IMG/VR virus record: IMGVR_UViG_3300020473_001965
Location: 124,001 to 188,000 of that record
Length of the DNA stretch: 64,000 nucleotides
Reading direction: 5' to 3' (one strand)
Positions 45,061-54,385 of the stretch are shown here, piece after piece; positions within the stretch are counted from its first letter, which is position 1; every line of letters begins with the position of its first letter. The notes beneath the pieces were generated by a model. That model saw only the letters and a program-made list of their open reading frames with translations. It did not search any database and was not told the origin of the DNA. Position numbers and translations under genes: made by a program.

Positions 45061-46014
45061 TCAACTCCTGATCGAAAAATTTAATGATAAAAAAAGAGCG
45101 TCTACATCAAACGTGTGTAGACCTTCTCTAGATAGCATTCTCATCACAGCTATCTTATTGCGACTGGGTTCAAAAGTATTAATGGCACCCTGTATTTTTT
45201 GAATTTGTGTTGCTGCTAAATTTGCTGTACCTAAATGCATAAGTTTCCAATTTCGCCTTGCAATATCTTCGCCTTCATCAATTCTTTTAAAAATTTTTGC
45301 CTTAGATTTAGCTTGACGAATCTTGCTCGAATTAAGTATGTCTTCAATACTGACAAATTCTGGGTTTGTCAGTTCTGGAAATTGGTTCACTAGTACCTTA
45401 AAACCTACACCTTTTATTCCTGGGACTCCGTCAGAAGTATCTCCACAAAATGATCTTGCTTGACAAAAATTATTTGGATGAATCTTAAATCTTTCCAAGA
45501 CATCATCGACCTTTATGTATTTTTTGCTAGTAGGAGAAAAGACTTCGACTCGATCAGAAATGAGCTGATAGTAGTCCTTGTCAGAAGAGTATATCACACA
45601 CTTCTTGTCTGTGAACATTGTTTTTGACATATACCCGATTGCGTCATCAGCTTCACAGTCGGATACATAAATTTGACATACTGGTGTGTGTTTCAACACA
45701 TTGACAAGAAATGCAACCTGGCCATTCCTATTTGAAACTGTATCGGGTATTTCGGCATAAAAACGATTTAATCGCTGGGGTCTTCTGTTCTTTTTATAGT
45801 CTGGAAATATTTTTCTTCTTCTAGCTGAGCCGCCTCCTTCCCAAATTATATAAACTTGTTCCGGAAATATTTCAGCAACTATGTTCTTGAGCCCATTTAA
45901 AAAGCCTACAACACCACCGATAGGTTCTCCGTGACGATCTAGGGTTGGATTTGCACAAAAATGACGAGTAAAAACATTATAGGCATCTATTAGAAGAACT
46001 GTGTTTGAACTCAT
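45061..46014 (-). CDS. 5'-3' exonuclease / flap endonuclease (T4 RNase H-like)
   Basis: LIDAYN, YKKNR, EADDAI, SSDKDYYQL, GDTSDGVPGIKGVG.K. Confidence 0.92.
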   Translation of the reverse strand: MSSNTVLLIDAYNVFTRHFCANPTLDRHGEPIGGVVGFLNGLKNIVAEIFPEQVYIIWEGGGSARRRKIFPDYKKNRRPQRLNRFYAEIPDTVSNRNGQVAFLVNVLKHTPVCQIYVSDCEADDAIGYMSKTMFTDKKCVIYSSDKDYYQLISDRVEVFSPTSKKYIKVDDVLERFKIHPNNFCQARSFCGDTSDGVPGIKGVGFKVLVNQFPELTNPEFVSIEDILNSSKIRQAKSKAKIFKRIDEGEDIARRNWKLMHLGTANLAATQIQKIQGAINTFEPSRNKIAVMRMLSREGLHTFDVDALFLSLNFSIRS

Positions 46015-46015
46015 T

Positions 46016-47194
46016 CTACATTTCTGCCTCGAGAGCTATAGACCGAATCTCTTCGTAAGATTCAGGATCAATTTCTAACTCATCGTTTTTCATCTTTTTA
46101 ACCATAGCTACTTCGAGCAAATCATCAATATAGTGCGAATAATCTGGGTTTTTCATTATCTCACCAAACTTTGGTTTATGAAATTTCTTTTCCACCAAAA
46201 TCTCACCTGTGACTACATCTGTCACTGTCAAACATTTCCAAGAACCCGTACCAGAAAGACAAACTTCTTTCCCGTTTATTGTTTCGGCGCCGTGTTTTCG
46301 TAACAAATCAAACACTTGCTCATGCTCTTTGATTCCGACGCCAAAATGAATTTCAAAGTCAATCTTTCTGAAAGGGGGAGCGACTTTATTTTTAATAGTC
46401 TTTGCTGAGACGTGAATTCCTACTACATCATCTCCGTCCTTTATTTGTTGACCGGCTCCAAGTTTTATTCTAGTTGAAGAATGAAATGGGATAGCTTTTC
46501 CACCGGGTGTGGTGTCTGGGTCTCCGTACATCACCCCTATTTTTGTACGAATTTGATTAAGAATGACAAACAGGACATTCTGGTTCGCTATGACACCTGT
46601 AATCTTTCTCATACCCTTAGAGATCGCTCGCGCTTGGAGACCTATAGACTCCTTATCATAGTCGCCAAGAAGCTCTGCTTTTGGTGAAGAAGCTGCAACA
46701 GAGTCCCAAACAATGGTTACGGGTATGTCTTTGTCCATTGCTTTTGCCTTCATGATCGTGGCTTCAGCGATTGATAACACCTCTTCAGTACAGTGCGTAT
46801 CAACGTATACGAATCTCTTAGATACATCGACGCCTAGCATACCCAGGTTCTCAACAGAGGTTGCGTTCTCGGTATCAATATAAACTACAATTCCACCCAG
46901 ACGTTGCGTAGTTCTTGCGATCTGGGTGGCTATGTGCGACTTTCCAATTGACGGTGGGCCAAAGATCTCTACGATCCTACCCTCAGGAAGACCCCCATCT
47001 CTTCTGTTAGAACAAATATAATCTAACAATCTAGAGCCGGTAGAAATCCACCTGTTGACATGCGTAGGAGATTCATCATACGCAAGGTTGTAAGCGACTC
47101 TTTCTCCCAACTCTTTGTTGAGCGAGTCAATTAAATCAGCAGTAAAATCTTCTTTATTAGATTGGTTACTAGATATTGTCTTCTTTTTTCCCAT
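46016..47194 (-). CDS. recA: RecA/UvsX recombinase
   Basis: ISTGS..LD, GLPEGRIVEIFGPPSIGKS, YIDTE, WDSVAA, NQIR, TPGGKAIPFHSS.R, KNKVAPPF. Confidence 0.93.
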   Translation of the reverse strand: MGKKKTISSNQSNKEDFTADLIDSLNKELGERVAYNLAYDESPTHVNRWISTGSRLLDYICSNRRDGGLPEGRIVEIFGPPSIGKSHIATQIARTTQRLGGIVVYIDTENATSVENLGMLGVDVSKRFVYVDTHCTEEVLSIAEATIMKAKAMDKDIPVTIVWDSVAASSPKAELLGDYDKESIGLQARAISKGMRKITGVIANQNVLFVILNQIRTKIGVMYGDPDTTPGGKAIPFHSSTRIKLGAGQQIKDGDDVVGIHVSAKTIKNKVAPPFRKIDFEIHFGVGIKEHEQVFDLLRKHGAETINGKEVCLSGTGSWKCLTVTDVVTGEILVEKKFHKPKFGEIMKNPDYSHYIDDLLEVAMVKKMKNDELEIDPESYEEIRSIALEAEM

Positions 47195-47211
47195 TGTTAC
47201 CTCGTATTTAG

Positions 47212-47241
47212 ATAGTAATGCGCTAGATACAAAGTGTTCAT
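47212..47241 (-). promoter_or_regulatory. Possible sigma70-like promoter for the recA-exo-helicase-nrdJ operon
   Basis: ATGAAC-N18-TACTAT immediately after the terminator. Confidence 0.5.
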
Positions 47242-47244
47242 ATT

Positions 47245-47274
47245 AAAAAAGGGCGAAACAAAGTTCGCCCTTTT
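47245..47274 (-). terminator. Rho-independent terminator after the SSB gene
   Basis: AAAA-GGGCGAA-CTTTGT-TTCGCCC-TTTTTT. Confidence 0.88.
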
Positions 47275-47296
47275 AAAACTCAATCTAATTTTCTAT

Positions 47297-48076
47297 CTAC
47301 ATAGACTCAAGATCAGCAAAAGCATCATCAAGAGACTTGTAGCTATCTCCAGACTTTTCAGTTGAACCAGTTGAGGTAGTGGTATTACCTGCGCCTTCGG
47401 TGCCAACATCATCGGCAGAGTCGTCGCCATTCAACCAGTCGTTAACAATCTTTTCTAGTTCATCATACGACTTAAGTGTAAAGAGTTCATCAAGATCTGG
47501 AATGGTCTTTACCCACTCTGCTGCCTGGCTGTCATCAGAAGAAAGTGCTGTACCCTTTCCTCGAGGACGAACTTCAGTCATAGCCCACATCCGACCCGGG
47601 GGCTTGTTGCACACAACCTTTACATCACGGCCGTCATGTGGGTCTGTAATGTCTCCGTAGTCCTCATCAAGCATGATGTTGAGAAGAGACTGATAAACAG
47701 TCTTTCCGAAGGCCCAAAGGCGTACACCCTTATCTTCTTCCCCTCGAACGATGACAGGAGCATAGGTCCTCATCTTAGGGTATAGCTTCTTTGCTAGCTC
47801 ATACGATTCCTTAGAACCGTCGTCACGAAGCTTAGTGATAAGCTCCTGGATGGGGTCAGGCTTTCCAAACTGGTATGGTGCCAAAAGACCCGGGTTATTT
47901 CCAATATTGTAGTAGAAATAACGCTCCTTGAAAGGTTGACCATCATTATCTTGGAAGGATAGCAAGCGAACTGTGTGTTCTTCGCCTTCTTGCGGCCGCC
48001 ACATCGTGTTTCGCTTTGAATTGTTACCAGAAAGCTGTCCCAGCTTCTTTCGAATTGCATCTAAATCAATTGCCAT
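47297..48076 (-). CDS. Single-stranded DNA-binding protein (T4 gp32-like)
   Basis: W.P.EG...VRL, PF.E, G..DPI, GVRLW.FGK, DYGDITD...GRD, acidic tail LDDAFADL; adjacent to recA. Confidence 0.85.
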   Translation of the reverse strand: MAIDLDAIRKKLGQLSGNNSKRNTMWRPQEGEEHTVRLLSFQDNDGQPFKERYFYYNIGNNPGLLAPYQFGKPDPIQELITKLRDDGSKESYELAKKLYPKMRTYAPVIVRGEEDKGVRLWAFGKTVYQSLLNIMLDEDYGDITDPHDGRDVKVVCNKPPGRMWAMTEVRPRGKGTALSSDDSQAAEWVKTIPDLDELFTLKSYDELEKIVNDWLNGDDSADDVGTEGAGNTTTSTGSTEKSGDSYKSLDDAFADLESM

Positions 48077-48128
48077 TTTTTATCTCCTTAATGTTTAATG
48101 TGCAAATGTCCAATTACTTGGCTTGTAT

Positions 48129-48157
48129 AAAGTACTGTGTGTGTATTAGTTGTTCAA
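48129..48157 (-). promoter_or_regulatory. sigma70-like promoter for SSB
   Basis: TTGAAC-N17-TACTTT. Confidence 0.65.
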
Positions 48158-48161
48158 ATAT

Positions 48162-48755
48162 TTATTTGTTTGTCTTGCGACTTTTTTTGCCCTTTTTTCT
48201 CTTACCGGGCATGTAAGGTTTTGCTCCTCCGAAGCCGCTGCCGGCTGCGGCGGCAGGAGTTCTTCTCTTTCTCCCATGGGATGGTGGTGATTGGCCGAGG
48301 GGCAGAGTCACCCCTCTGATTGTTCCTCTAGAAGCGCCGCCTCCTCCACCCATACCAATTGCATTTATTTCTTCTACTTCATCTTCTTCTTCGAGTTCAT
48401 CTTCATCAATAATGTCTTCGCCGTCTTCAGACTCTGCTTTCTTGGTCGGTCCCGGGTATGCGGGAGGTGTATGAGGAGGCTCTAAAGACAGTGTTCCTCC
48501 TTCTAGCAAGATATGCCTAACATATTCTCTAATCAAACCCTCTTCCATTGTTTCCTCCAACTCCTCATCGTAGCATTCAAATGAATCTTCATCGCATTCA
48601 GGATCGTAAAAACCCGCTAAAGGTGTACTGGTTTTTCTTGAGAAATCAGTTGATGCATAAGAAGAAGGATCGCCTACTTGACCTGTCAGGGTTGGTGACT
48701 TAATTCTTCCAGATGCATAACCGGGTGCTATATGAAATTCAGCTGATTTTGGCAT
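48162..48755 (-). CDS. Low-complexity hypothetical protein (acidic centre, basic C-terminus), probably an internal head protein
   Basis: EEGLIREYVRHILLE motif, E/D-rich tract, GVTLPLG, Lys/Arg tail. Confidence 0.6.
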   Translation of the reverse strand: MPKSAEFHIAPGYASGRIKSPTLTGQVGDPSSYASTDFSRKTSTPLAGFYDPECDEDSFECYDEELEETMEEGLIREYVRHILLEGGTLSLEPPHTPPAYPGPTKKAESEDGEDIIDEDELEEEDEVEEINAIGMGGGGGASRGTIRGVTLPLGQSPPSHGRKRRTPAAAAGSGFGGAKPYMPGKRKKGKKSRKTNK

Positions 48756-48775
48756 GTATATACATATTCTCTACA

Positions 48776-49357
48776 TTACCCTTTTAATACAGCAGTCAGC
48801 CTGATAGCGTTATTTAAAGCCACAGACAAAATGGGCTGTCCGTTATGATAGAACTTAGACTCATCTGCCAGAGCACCTGAGCTTAAGAGGACTGCTAGCC
48901 ATTCATTCTTTGAAAGATTTATTCCCAAATGATTTAGCAGCCAGAGCGATCGATGTTCAACTGTCATTTTTTCAAGCTTTTCATTAAACTTAAAATGTTG
49001 ACCTAGTTTTTCCTGGTGCCACTTGGATGTCTCTTTGACAAAAAGGTCATGTTCGGTGTCCCCTACCTTTCCTATTGCATGAAACAACGATACTGTTATC
49101 ATCTCGTCAGACGTCAAGCCCAAATTGTGTGCTTCGTTTTCTCTCCTTAAGTGATTTAAGACACTCAAAGAATACTCTATGAGACCTCCTTGATAGGCCC
49201 AGCCCTGCTCTTCCCTGCAATTAAACGGGCACAAAGCAAGGCGCTCTCCAAGTGCCTCAATAAAAAGCTCATAAGACTCAGACCTCTCTGAAACTTTCTG
49301 ACTTAACTTATAGAATAATTCAAAATTGGACTGAATTTTTTCTGTTGGTAAACTCAT
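48776..49357 (-). CDS. HD-domain-like protein with degenerate metal ligands
   Basis: YQGGLIEYSL.V and LFHAIGKVG (compare Y.GGL.EHSL.V and L.HD.GK), RSL.LL...GI.L...E..A. Confidence 0.65.
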   Translation of the reverse strand: MSLPTEKIQSNFELFYKLSQKVSERSESYELFIEALGERLALCPFNCREEQGWAYQGGLIEYSLSVLNHLRRENEAHNLGLTSDEMITVSLFHAIGKVGDTEHDLFVKETSKWHQEKLGQHFKFNEKLEKMTVEHRSLWLLNHLGINLSKNEWLAVLLSSGALADESKFYHNGQPILSVALNNAIRLTAVLKG

Positions 49358-49374
49358 TCATCATCTCCTGGTAA

Positions 49375-49403
49375 ATCATACACCAAGAGAGTCGATTTTA
49401 CAA
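49375..49403 (-). promoter_or_regulatory. sigma70-like promoter
   Basis: TTGTAA-N17-TATGAT followed by AGGAG. Confidence 0.7.
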
Positions 49404-49404
49404 A

Positions 49405-49635
49405 TTAATCTAAGTTTTTAAGCTCTGATAGAACGAAGTTACGAAGCTTTTCGGCTGTAAAAGTCTCAATGAGGTCTTCTTCGTGATCCTTGTTGTAGTG
49501 TAGATTTTCTCCACCTGACCACGCGTCTTCTTTAGCCTTGACATCTTCTGGTTTGTCTTTGTCGATTGCTAAGCCTGTTGCCTTCTTCATTTCTTCAATT
49601 ATGATTCTTTTAAGATCACTCTTCTTGATTCTCAT
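49405..49635 (-). CDS. Small hypothetical protein, probably head-associated
   Basis: MRIKKSDLKRIIIEE and EKLRNFVLSEL amphipathic motifs; GAGGAG RBS; upstream ATAATTA. Confidence 0.6.
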   Translation of the reverse strand: MRIKKSDLKRIIIEEMKKATGLAIDKDKPEDVKAKEDAWSGGENLHYNKDHEEDLIETFTAEKLRNFVLSELKNLD

Positions 49636-49686
49636 CTTTAACTCCTCAAGACTACAGGATTAATTATTAACGTCAACGCCAAATTA

Positions 49687-50895
49687 TTAAACTTTAGATA
49701 TGGAAAGTGGGAATGATTCTTTAAACCCGGAAATCACAGAGGCTGTTTTGACTAAATTCTTTAAATCGTCGACAGCAAAAGGAGCTACATCCAAAAGCAG
49801 AGCATCGTGAATAATGTAAATGGGCGTTATGCCCAAGTCTTTTGCCCGGATCTCTTCAATAATTTTTCTAAATCCGGACAGACACACGTCTACACCCGTC
49901 GATTGTATATAGTGACTCACAAGTAAATGTGAATCACACTTAGTGAATGTCAACGGGCGACCGTAATAGTTTTGTATTGAGCTTCCGCTTTCATGACACT
50001 CTCTTAACAACCTTCTAGCAAGTACGTCTATCTTAAAAAACGTTCTTATTTTATCCAGGACTATGGAAGCATCGACGTCTCGACCGACAATAAGCTGTAA
50101 CTTAACGGGCGATATACCGTAAAGTGCTCCCATGACTGCAATTTTTAACTTTACTCGATCAAGTTTTAGCCCTGTTTTTAAAGCTAAGCTATCGTAGATA
50201 TCTTTATCAAATTCGACTCCGGCAAGGCACCCAGCTATTCGAGGCTCTAGAGAAGAGTAATCTACTTGTATTATTCTTCCTCCGGGATATCTTGACTTAA
50301 AAATCTTTCTATGCTCTTTCTTAAGTGTAAGAATCTTGGGTCCTCTTTTAACAACTGTCCTTCCAGTCGCACCTTGTTGATAGACAGGAGGTGGCAGCTT
50401 GTCGTCTGGCTTAGGACTAAAAGAATTAAGCGTTGATATCAATGTCGGGTTCGTTTCTTGAGCCTTTAGATCGTTAAGAATTTTTTTATCAATCAAGGCA
50501 GGTTGCAAGCTCGTCAGTGCTTCTCTGTTGACTAGAAAGTTGTCGACGTATGTTGTATCATTTATCTTGTCAAGTGCGCTCCAGAGATCAGCCACAAGGT
50601 TAGAAATATAACTTTGGAACACAGCTCGAGGGAGTGCATGATGCCATGGTATTGAAAGTCCAGCGGGTAGACCACAAGTTGTATACGCAGTCACGTATTT
50701 TTCTGGTGGTCTGTCTCGTGGATCGATATTGAACATCAAGCACAAATCATTTAAAGACCTAACTGCATTGGGAGCATTTCCGTATATCCATGCATCTTCA
50801 GGTGGCGATGATACCCAAGAAAAGAGACCTGTACTCCTTTCACACAAAAGATTCTTATCTGTCCCTAAGAGGTTTTTTGAAATACAAACTTGCAC
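49687..50895 (-). CDS. Family A DNA polymerase, polymerase domain only
   Basis: TGR, motif A VDYSSLEPR, motif B R...K...M...YG, YYGR, IQSTG.D, motif C IIHDAL; no recognisable exonuclease domain. Confidence 0.82.
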   Translation of the reverse strand: MQVCISKNLLGTDKNLLCERSTGLFSWVSSPPEDAWIYGNAPNAVRSLNDLCLMFNIDPRDRPPEKYVTAYTTCGLPAGLSIPWHHALPRAVFQSYISNLVADLWSALDKINDTTYVDNFLVNREALTSLQPALIDKKILNDLKAQETNPTLISTLNSFSPKPDDKLPPPVYQQGATGRTVVKRGPKILTLKKEHRKIFKSRYPGGRIIQVDYSSLEPRIAGCLAGVEFDKDIYDSLALKTGLKLDRVKLKIAVMGALYGISPVKLQLIVGRDVDASIVLDKIRTFFKIDVLARRLLRECHESGSSIQNYYGRPLTFTKCDSHLLVSHYIQSTGVDVCLSGFRKIIEEIRAKDLGITPIYIIHDALLLDVAPFAVDDLKNLVKTASVISGFKESFPLSISKV

Positions 50896-50900
50896 ATGTT

Positions 50901-50929
50901 AAAATAACACGCATAAAGAAAATGTTCAA
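50901..50929 (-). promoter_or_regulatory. sigma70-like promoter, possibly leaderless, for the polA-like gene
   Basis: TTGAAC-N17-TATTTT, 5 nt before the GTG start. Confidence 0.55.
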
Positions 50930-53900
50930 GGAAGACGAGCTTCGGCAGCTTTGACTCTATTTTCCCACACAGTTTTTTGACTAGAATCTTCCTCTGAAGA
51001 AAATGAAGAGCCTAGCCAGGCGTTAAAGAGGCCTATTAGGCGCTTGCATTTTGCTTTATTGTTATCAGACTTTTTCTGCTTTGCGTCTTTGTCTTTGCCT
51101 GTTCTCCTGTCAGCGTCTTCTTTGTACCTAGCAGCCAGGATGGCTGCGCCTTCGATATCATGCAGAAGGTTTCTAGGTTTCACGCTTCTGAGCGTTGCTA
51201 ATCTAGCTGCCTTAGCAGCTGCCTTTTCAGCAGCTTCTTTTGCGATCCCCGCTTCTTCAGCATGTTCGTTAATTAAGTCTGTTTCAACAATTCCACGAAG
51301 AGCTTGCTGGTTAGTAACTCTCACTCTTACTTCATCTTTGTTTGCATCAACTTCATCTATGGCAGCCGCTGTCTGATCATCAACAGTTGTTCCGCTCGAG
51401 CCTACACGTGTTGCGATATCTGACAGGCGTTGAGTCAGATCTTTAAAGACTGCATATCCCCCTGTGTATAAGAGATTTGCAGACGTCGTAAACTTTCCTG
51501 CCGCAACTTCATGAGACACACTCATTACACTGTACAAAGCATCAAGATCTGTGCCTGTTCTGAAGTCTACAAAAACTGTTTGCAAGGGTGCGATAATGGG
51601 ACATCCTGGAAGGGTCAAGTTTAATTGTTGAGGCATCATAGTCATCGGCATTATATCTTCTTCGATACCAGAATCATCGCCTGGATCAGACCCCTTCAAC
51701 ATGTGAACGGTGTTCAAGTCAGAATTTGATGAGTTACTAATACTTGCAGCAAATAGTGCTGAATTACTAGAGCCTATGTCAATAGAAGGTGCAAAAGTTT
51801 TTAATAAGTCTTTGTATGCGTTGCCTCGTTTAAATACTAGATAGTCTCCTTCGTTTGACAATAGACCTAAATCTTCAGCAAAAGTATAAGCTCTATTTCT
51901 ATCAATCGCACGTGAAACAGATGCTGTGTAAGGCTCCTCTTCACCTTCAGATTGATTAACTGCAGACGGGACATAGTCTTCAAAGATTCTATACATTAAA
52001 TCTGTCGCTCCTGAATATGACATCGATTTTTCGTCTTCAATGTATATCCTCAAGATCTTTGACGATTCGCATGTGGCTGCGCCTCCTACTTCTGCTTTTC
52101 CCTCTGGGGTCAAAGGCTGGATTGGAGGTGCTTCAAACTGAACCTTTATCAGTGGGGTTCTGAACTCATAGGGGCCCGTTTCGTAAGCGTGCTTTAATGC
52201 TTCTGACCTTTTGCTGTTAGCAGTTTCGAGAACTCGTTCAGACTCAATTTCTTTATAATCAAAAAACCCTGTGTCCTTGTTTACAGTTCTTGTATAGTCG
52301 CGACCTTTTGATCCGAAGCCGTATTCTGCCCATCCTTGATTATCAAAAAAGACGTTCTGAATCAGTCCTACAAAATCCATTATCCCTATGTTGGGACCTT
52401 GTGCATTGGTAACTCGATCCATTGCAGCTTTAAAGTCTGGCCAGTGGATTGGTATCGCTGCGATTGACATGTTGCTTATATAAGAAGCTCTGTCATTAAT
52501 AACACCCCATATCACTTGAATCTCGTCAAACTCAGGAAAACCTGGGGCGTATGTCAGAGGTGATACGACGTAGAGATTGAAAAGCTTTCCTAGAGAAACA
52601 TAGTCTCGGTTTTGCTTTCCTATCAACATATACTTTTCGACGCGTGCTGAATCTTTTAAGTCAGGCTTGTATTCGTAAAGCCTTGGGTGTGTACTACCTC
52701 CCCAGCATTTATCCCAAACGAGCCAAGGATCAGGCGCGTCCCAAACTCCAGTCAACTTCTTAGACGCAACGCTTTTGATTGTCTCTCTTGCTGAAGTCAA
52801 CGCTGATATGTTTGACCCACCCGACCCTATCAATTCTTCTAGTGCAGCTACTGCATCATCGGGAACAGCATCACCAGCTTTTTTTGCAGTCGCTATTAAG
52901 GCATTGATTGAGTCAAGTGCTATAGGAAATGTAAATTGCTTTCCGGCTTTGCCTGCTGATTCAAAAATCTTTTTAATTCTTGTCGTAGGAAGGCCGGGGG
53001 TTTTTTCAGGCAAATAATCACGTATAGAGACGATGAGATCTTCCAGGTCTTGCAACATCCTCTGTTCAGATTTTGCGACATCATCGAGTATCTTTCCACC
53101 CTCGATAAACTGTTGTGCTCCGCTAGCTGCAATCGTCAACGTTACCTGAACTTCTCCTGTTGGAGTGAAAGAATACGAAGAGTTTGCAATCATGAACGTC
53201 TCAGATCTTCTCATGCTATTGATAAATTGACCAAAAGGTGCGTCGCCTATCGGCAAGTTTGCATCTGGATGGATCCAGCCATATTCTATTTTTAGATATG
53301 TAGTGCCCATATGACGTGGGCTTACGAGAGATGCTATTTCTGCAAGTCGAGATCTGTCATGCAGAGTAAAAGTTAGAGACCCGTCTGTAAAGATAATAGA
53401 GTTTACTTGGGGCGCTACATTTAGCTTTATGCCCATAAGAGACATGAACGGACGGTATGGGTCGATTACGCCAGATGTGGTTCCATTAAACCCACCTATT
53501 CTAGTTACTGTCCCACGGCGCTCGTCGGAATTTACCAGTGTTTGTGGTGATAAGAATACTTCCATGCCGCTTACATTTCTTATTTTCGATTGTTCAGCCT
53601 TCACGGACGTATCGTCTGCGCCGTCGGGCATTTCCAGCCTGTTTGAAGTTTTTGACCATGATGTGGAAGAGAACTCATCCTCGCCTAGTAAAAACCTGTA
53701 TAATGATGGGACACCTTCTGCATCTACATTATCTGTACCACGACCTGGTCCGAAAAATTGAACGTCTAAATACGGCACACACCTGGACAACTCAATTGTT
53801 GGAAGTGCATTAAGAAAGATGTGCAGAGCTTCAGAATTTCCTGTTTCTCTAGAGAATGTTATATCATTGCTGCAAATATTGGTTATTATGGGTTCTTCTA

Positions 53901-54378
53901 TCTCTTCTCTATTTTGGGCCACCACCGCAGCAGGCGATGTCGATTCGAGTACCCTCATCATCATCACCGTCCAAACACCCATCCAGCATGTGGCATTATC
54001 AGGATTTAAGCTAAATCCACCTCCGGCTGCCGGAGAAAGAGTAGGCGGGCCAAATGACTGCACTACAACTTTGCCTGCAAGATCTCCAGTATTGGCTTCT
54101 AGCATCTGGATGATCTCACCTATGGGTGGGTTTCCATTACCGACCCCATACAGAGAATTGCGAAGGAGAGAGATCGCATCGATTTCACTCACTGTCTTAG
54201 GAATTGCTGCGTTCGGCCCTGTATCTGTGTTTCCTTCAATATTATTGACAGGCTCAAACGTTACAGCGTCAGCTATGCCTTCAAGCAATCCTGTATTCCT
54301 ACCCAGATACTTGGACAACTCATTTATTACTTCATAAAGATTTGATGGGTTCCATCTTTTTATTTGATCGCCAGACAT
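50926..54378 (-). CDS. Baseplate hub-like tail protein (1150 aa)
   Basis: Follows the LysM/tail-X gene; LKIEYGW.HP motif; hub-like segment LTLPGCP....Q.VFVDF.TGT.LD.LY.V..VSH....GKF.T; C-terminal helical extension. Confidence 0.65.
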   Translation of the reverse strand: MSGDQIKRWNPSNLYEVINELSKYLGRNTGLLEGIADAVTFEPVNNIEGNTDTGPNAAIPKTVSEIDAISLLRNSLYGVGNGNPPIGEIIQMLEANTGDLAGKVVVQSFGPPTLSPAAGGGFSLNPDNATCWMGVWTVMMMRVLESTSPAAVVAQNREEIEEPIITNICSNDITFSRETGNSEALHIFLNALPTIELSRCVPYLDVQFFGPGRGTDNVDAEGVPSLYRFLLGEDEFSSTSWSKTSNRLEMPDGADDTSVKAEQSKIRNVSGMEVFLSPQTLVNSDERRGTVTRIGGFNGTTSGVIDPYRPFMSLMGIKLNVAPQVNSIIFTDGSLTFTLHDRSRLAEIASLVSPRHMGTTYLKIEYGWIHPDANLPIGDAPFGQFINSMRRSETFMIANSSYSFTPTGEVQVTLTIAASGAQQFIEGGKILDDVAKSEQRMLQDLEDLIVSIRDYLPEKTPGLPTTRIKKIFESAGKAGKQFTFPIALDSINALIATAKKAGDAVPDDAVAALEELIGSGGSNISALTSARETIKSVASKKLTGVWDAPDPWLVWDKCWGGSTHPRLYEYKPDLKDSARVEKYMLIGKQNRDYVSLGKLFNLYVVSPLTYAPGFPEFDEIQVIWGVINDRASYISNMSIAAIPIHWPDFKAAMDRVTNAQGPNIGIMDFVGLIQNVFFDNQGWAEYGFGSKGRDYTRTVNKDTGFFDYKEIESERVLETANSKRSEALKHAYETGPYEFRTPLIKVQFEAPPIQPLTPEGKAEVGGAATCESSKILRIYIEDEKSMSYSGATDLMYRIFEDYVPSAVNQSEGEEEPYTASVSRAIDRNRAYTFAEDLGLLSNEGDYLVFKRGNAYKDLLKTFAPSIDIGSSNSALFAASISNSSNSDLNTVHMLKGSDPGDDSGIEEDIMPMTMMPQQLNLTLPGCPIIAPLQTVFVDFRTGTDLDALYSVMSVSHEVAAGKFTTSANLLYTGGYAVFKDLTQRLSDIATRVGSSGTTVDDQTAAAIDEVDANKDEVRVRVTNQQALRGIVETDLINEHAEEAGIAKEAAEKAAAKAARLATLRSVKPRNLLHDIEGAAILAARYKEDADRRTGKDKDAKQKKSDNNKAKCKRLIGLFNAWLGSSFSSEEDSSQKTVWENRVKAAEARLP

Positions 54379-54385
54379 AAGCCTA

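Noticed and set aside
6235-47194. Inteins or introns in DnaE, NrdJ, helicase or RecA
   Set aside because: Lengths are normal and motifs are contiguous. No C...HN/[CST] splice junctions or homing-endonuclease motifs were seen. The DnaE acidic insert is too short.
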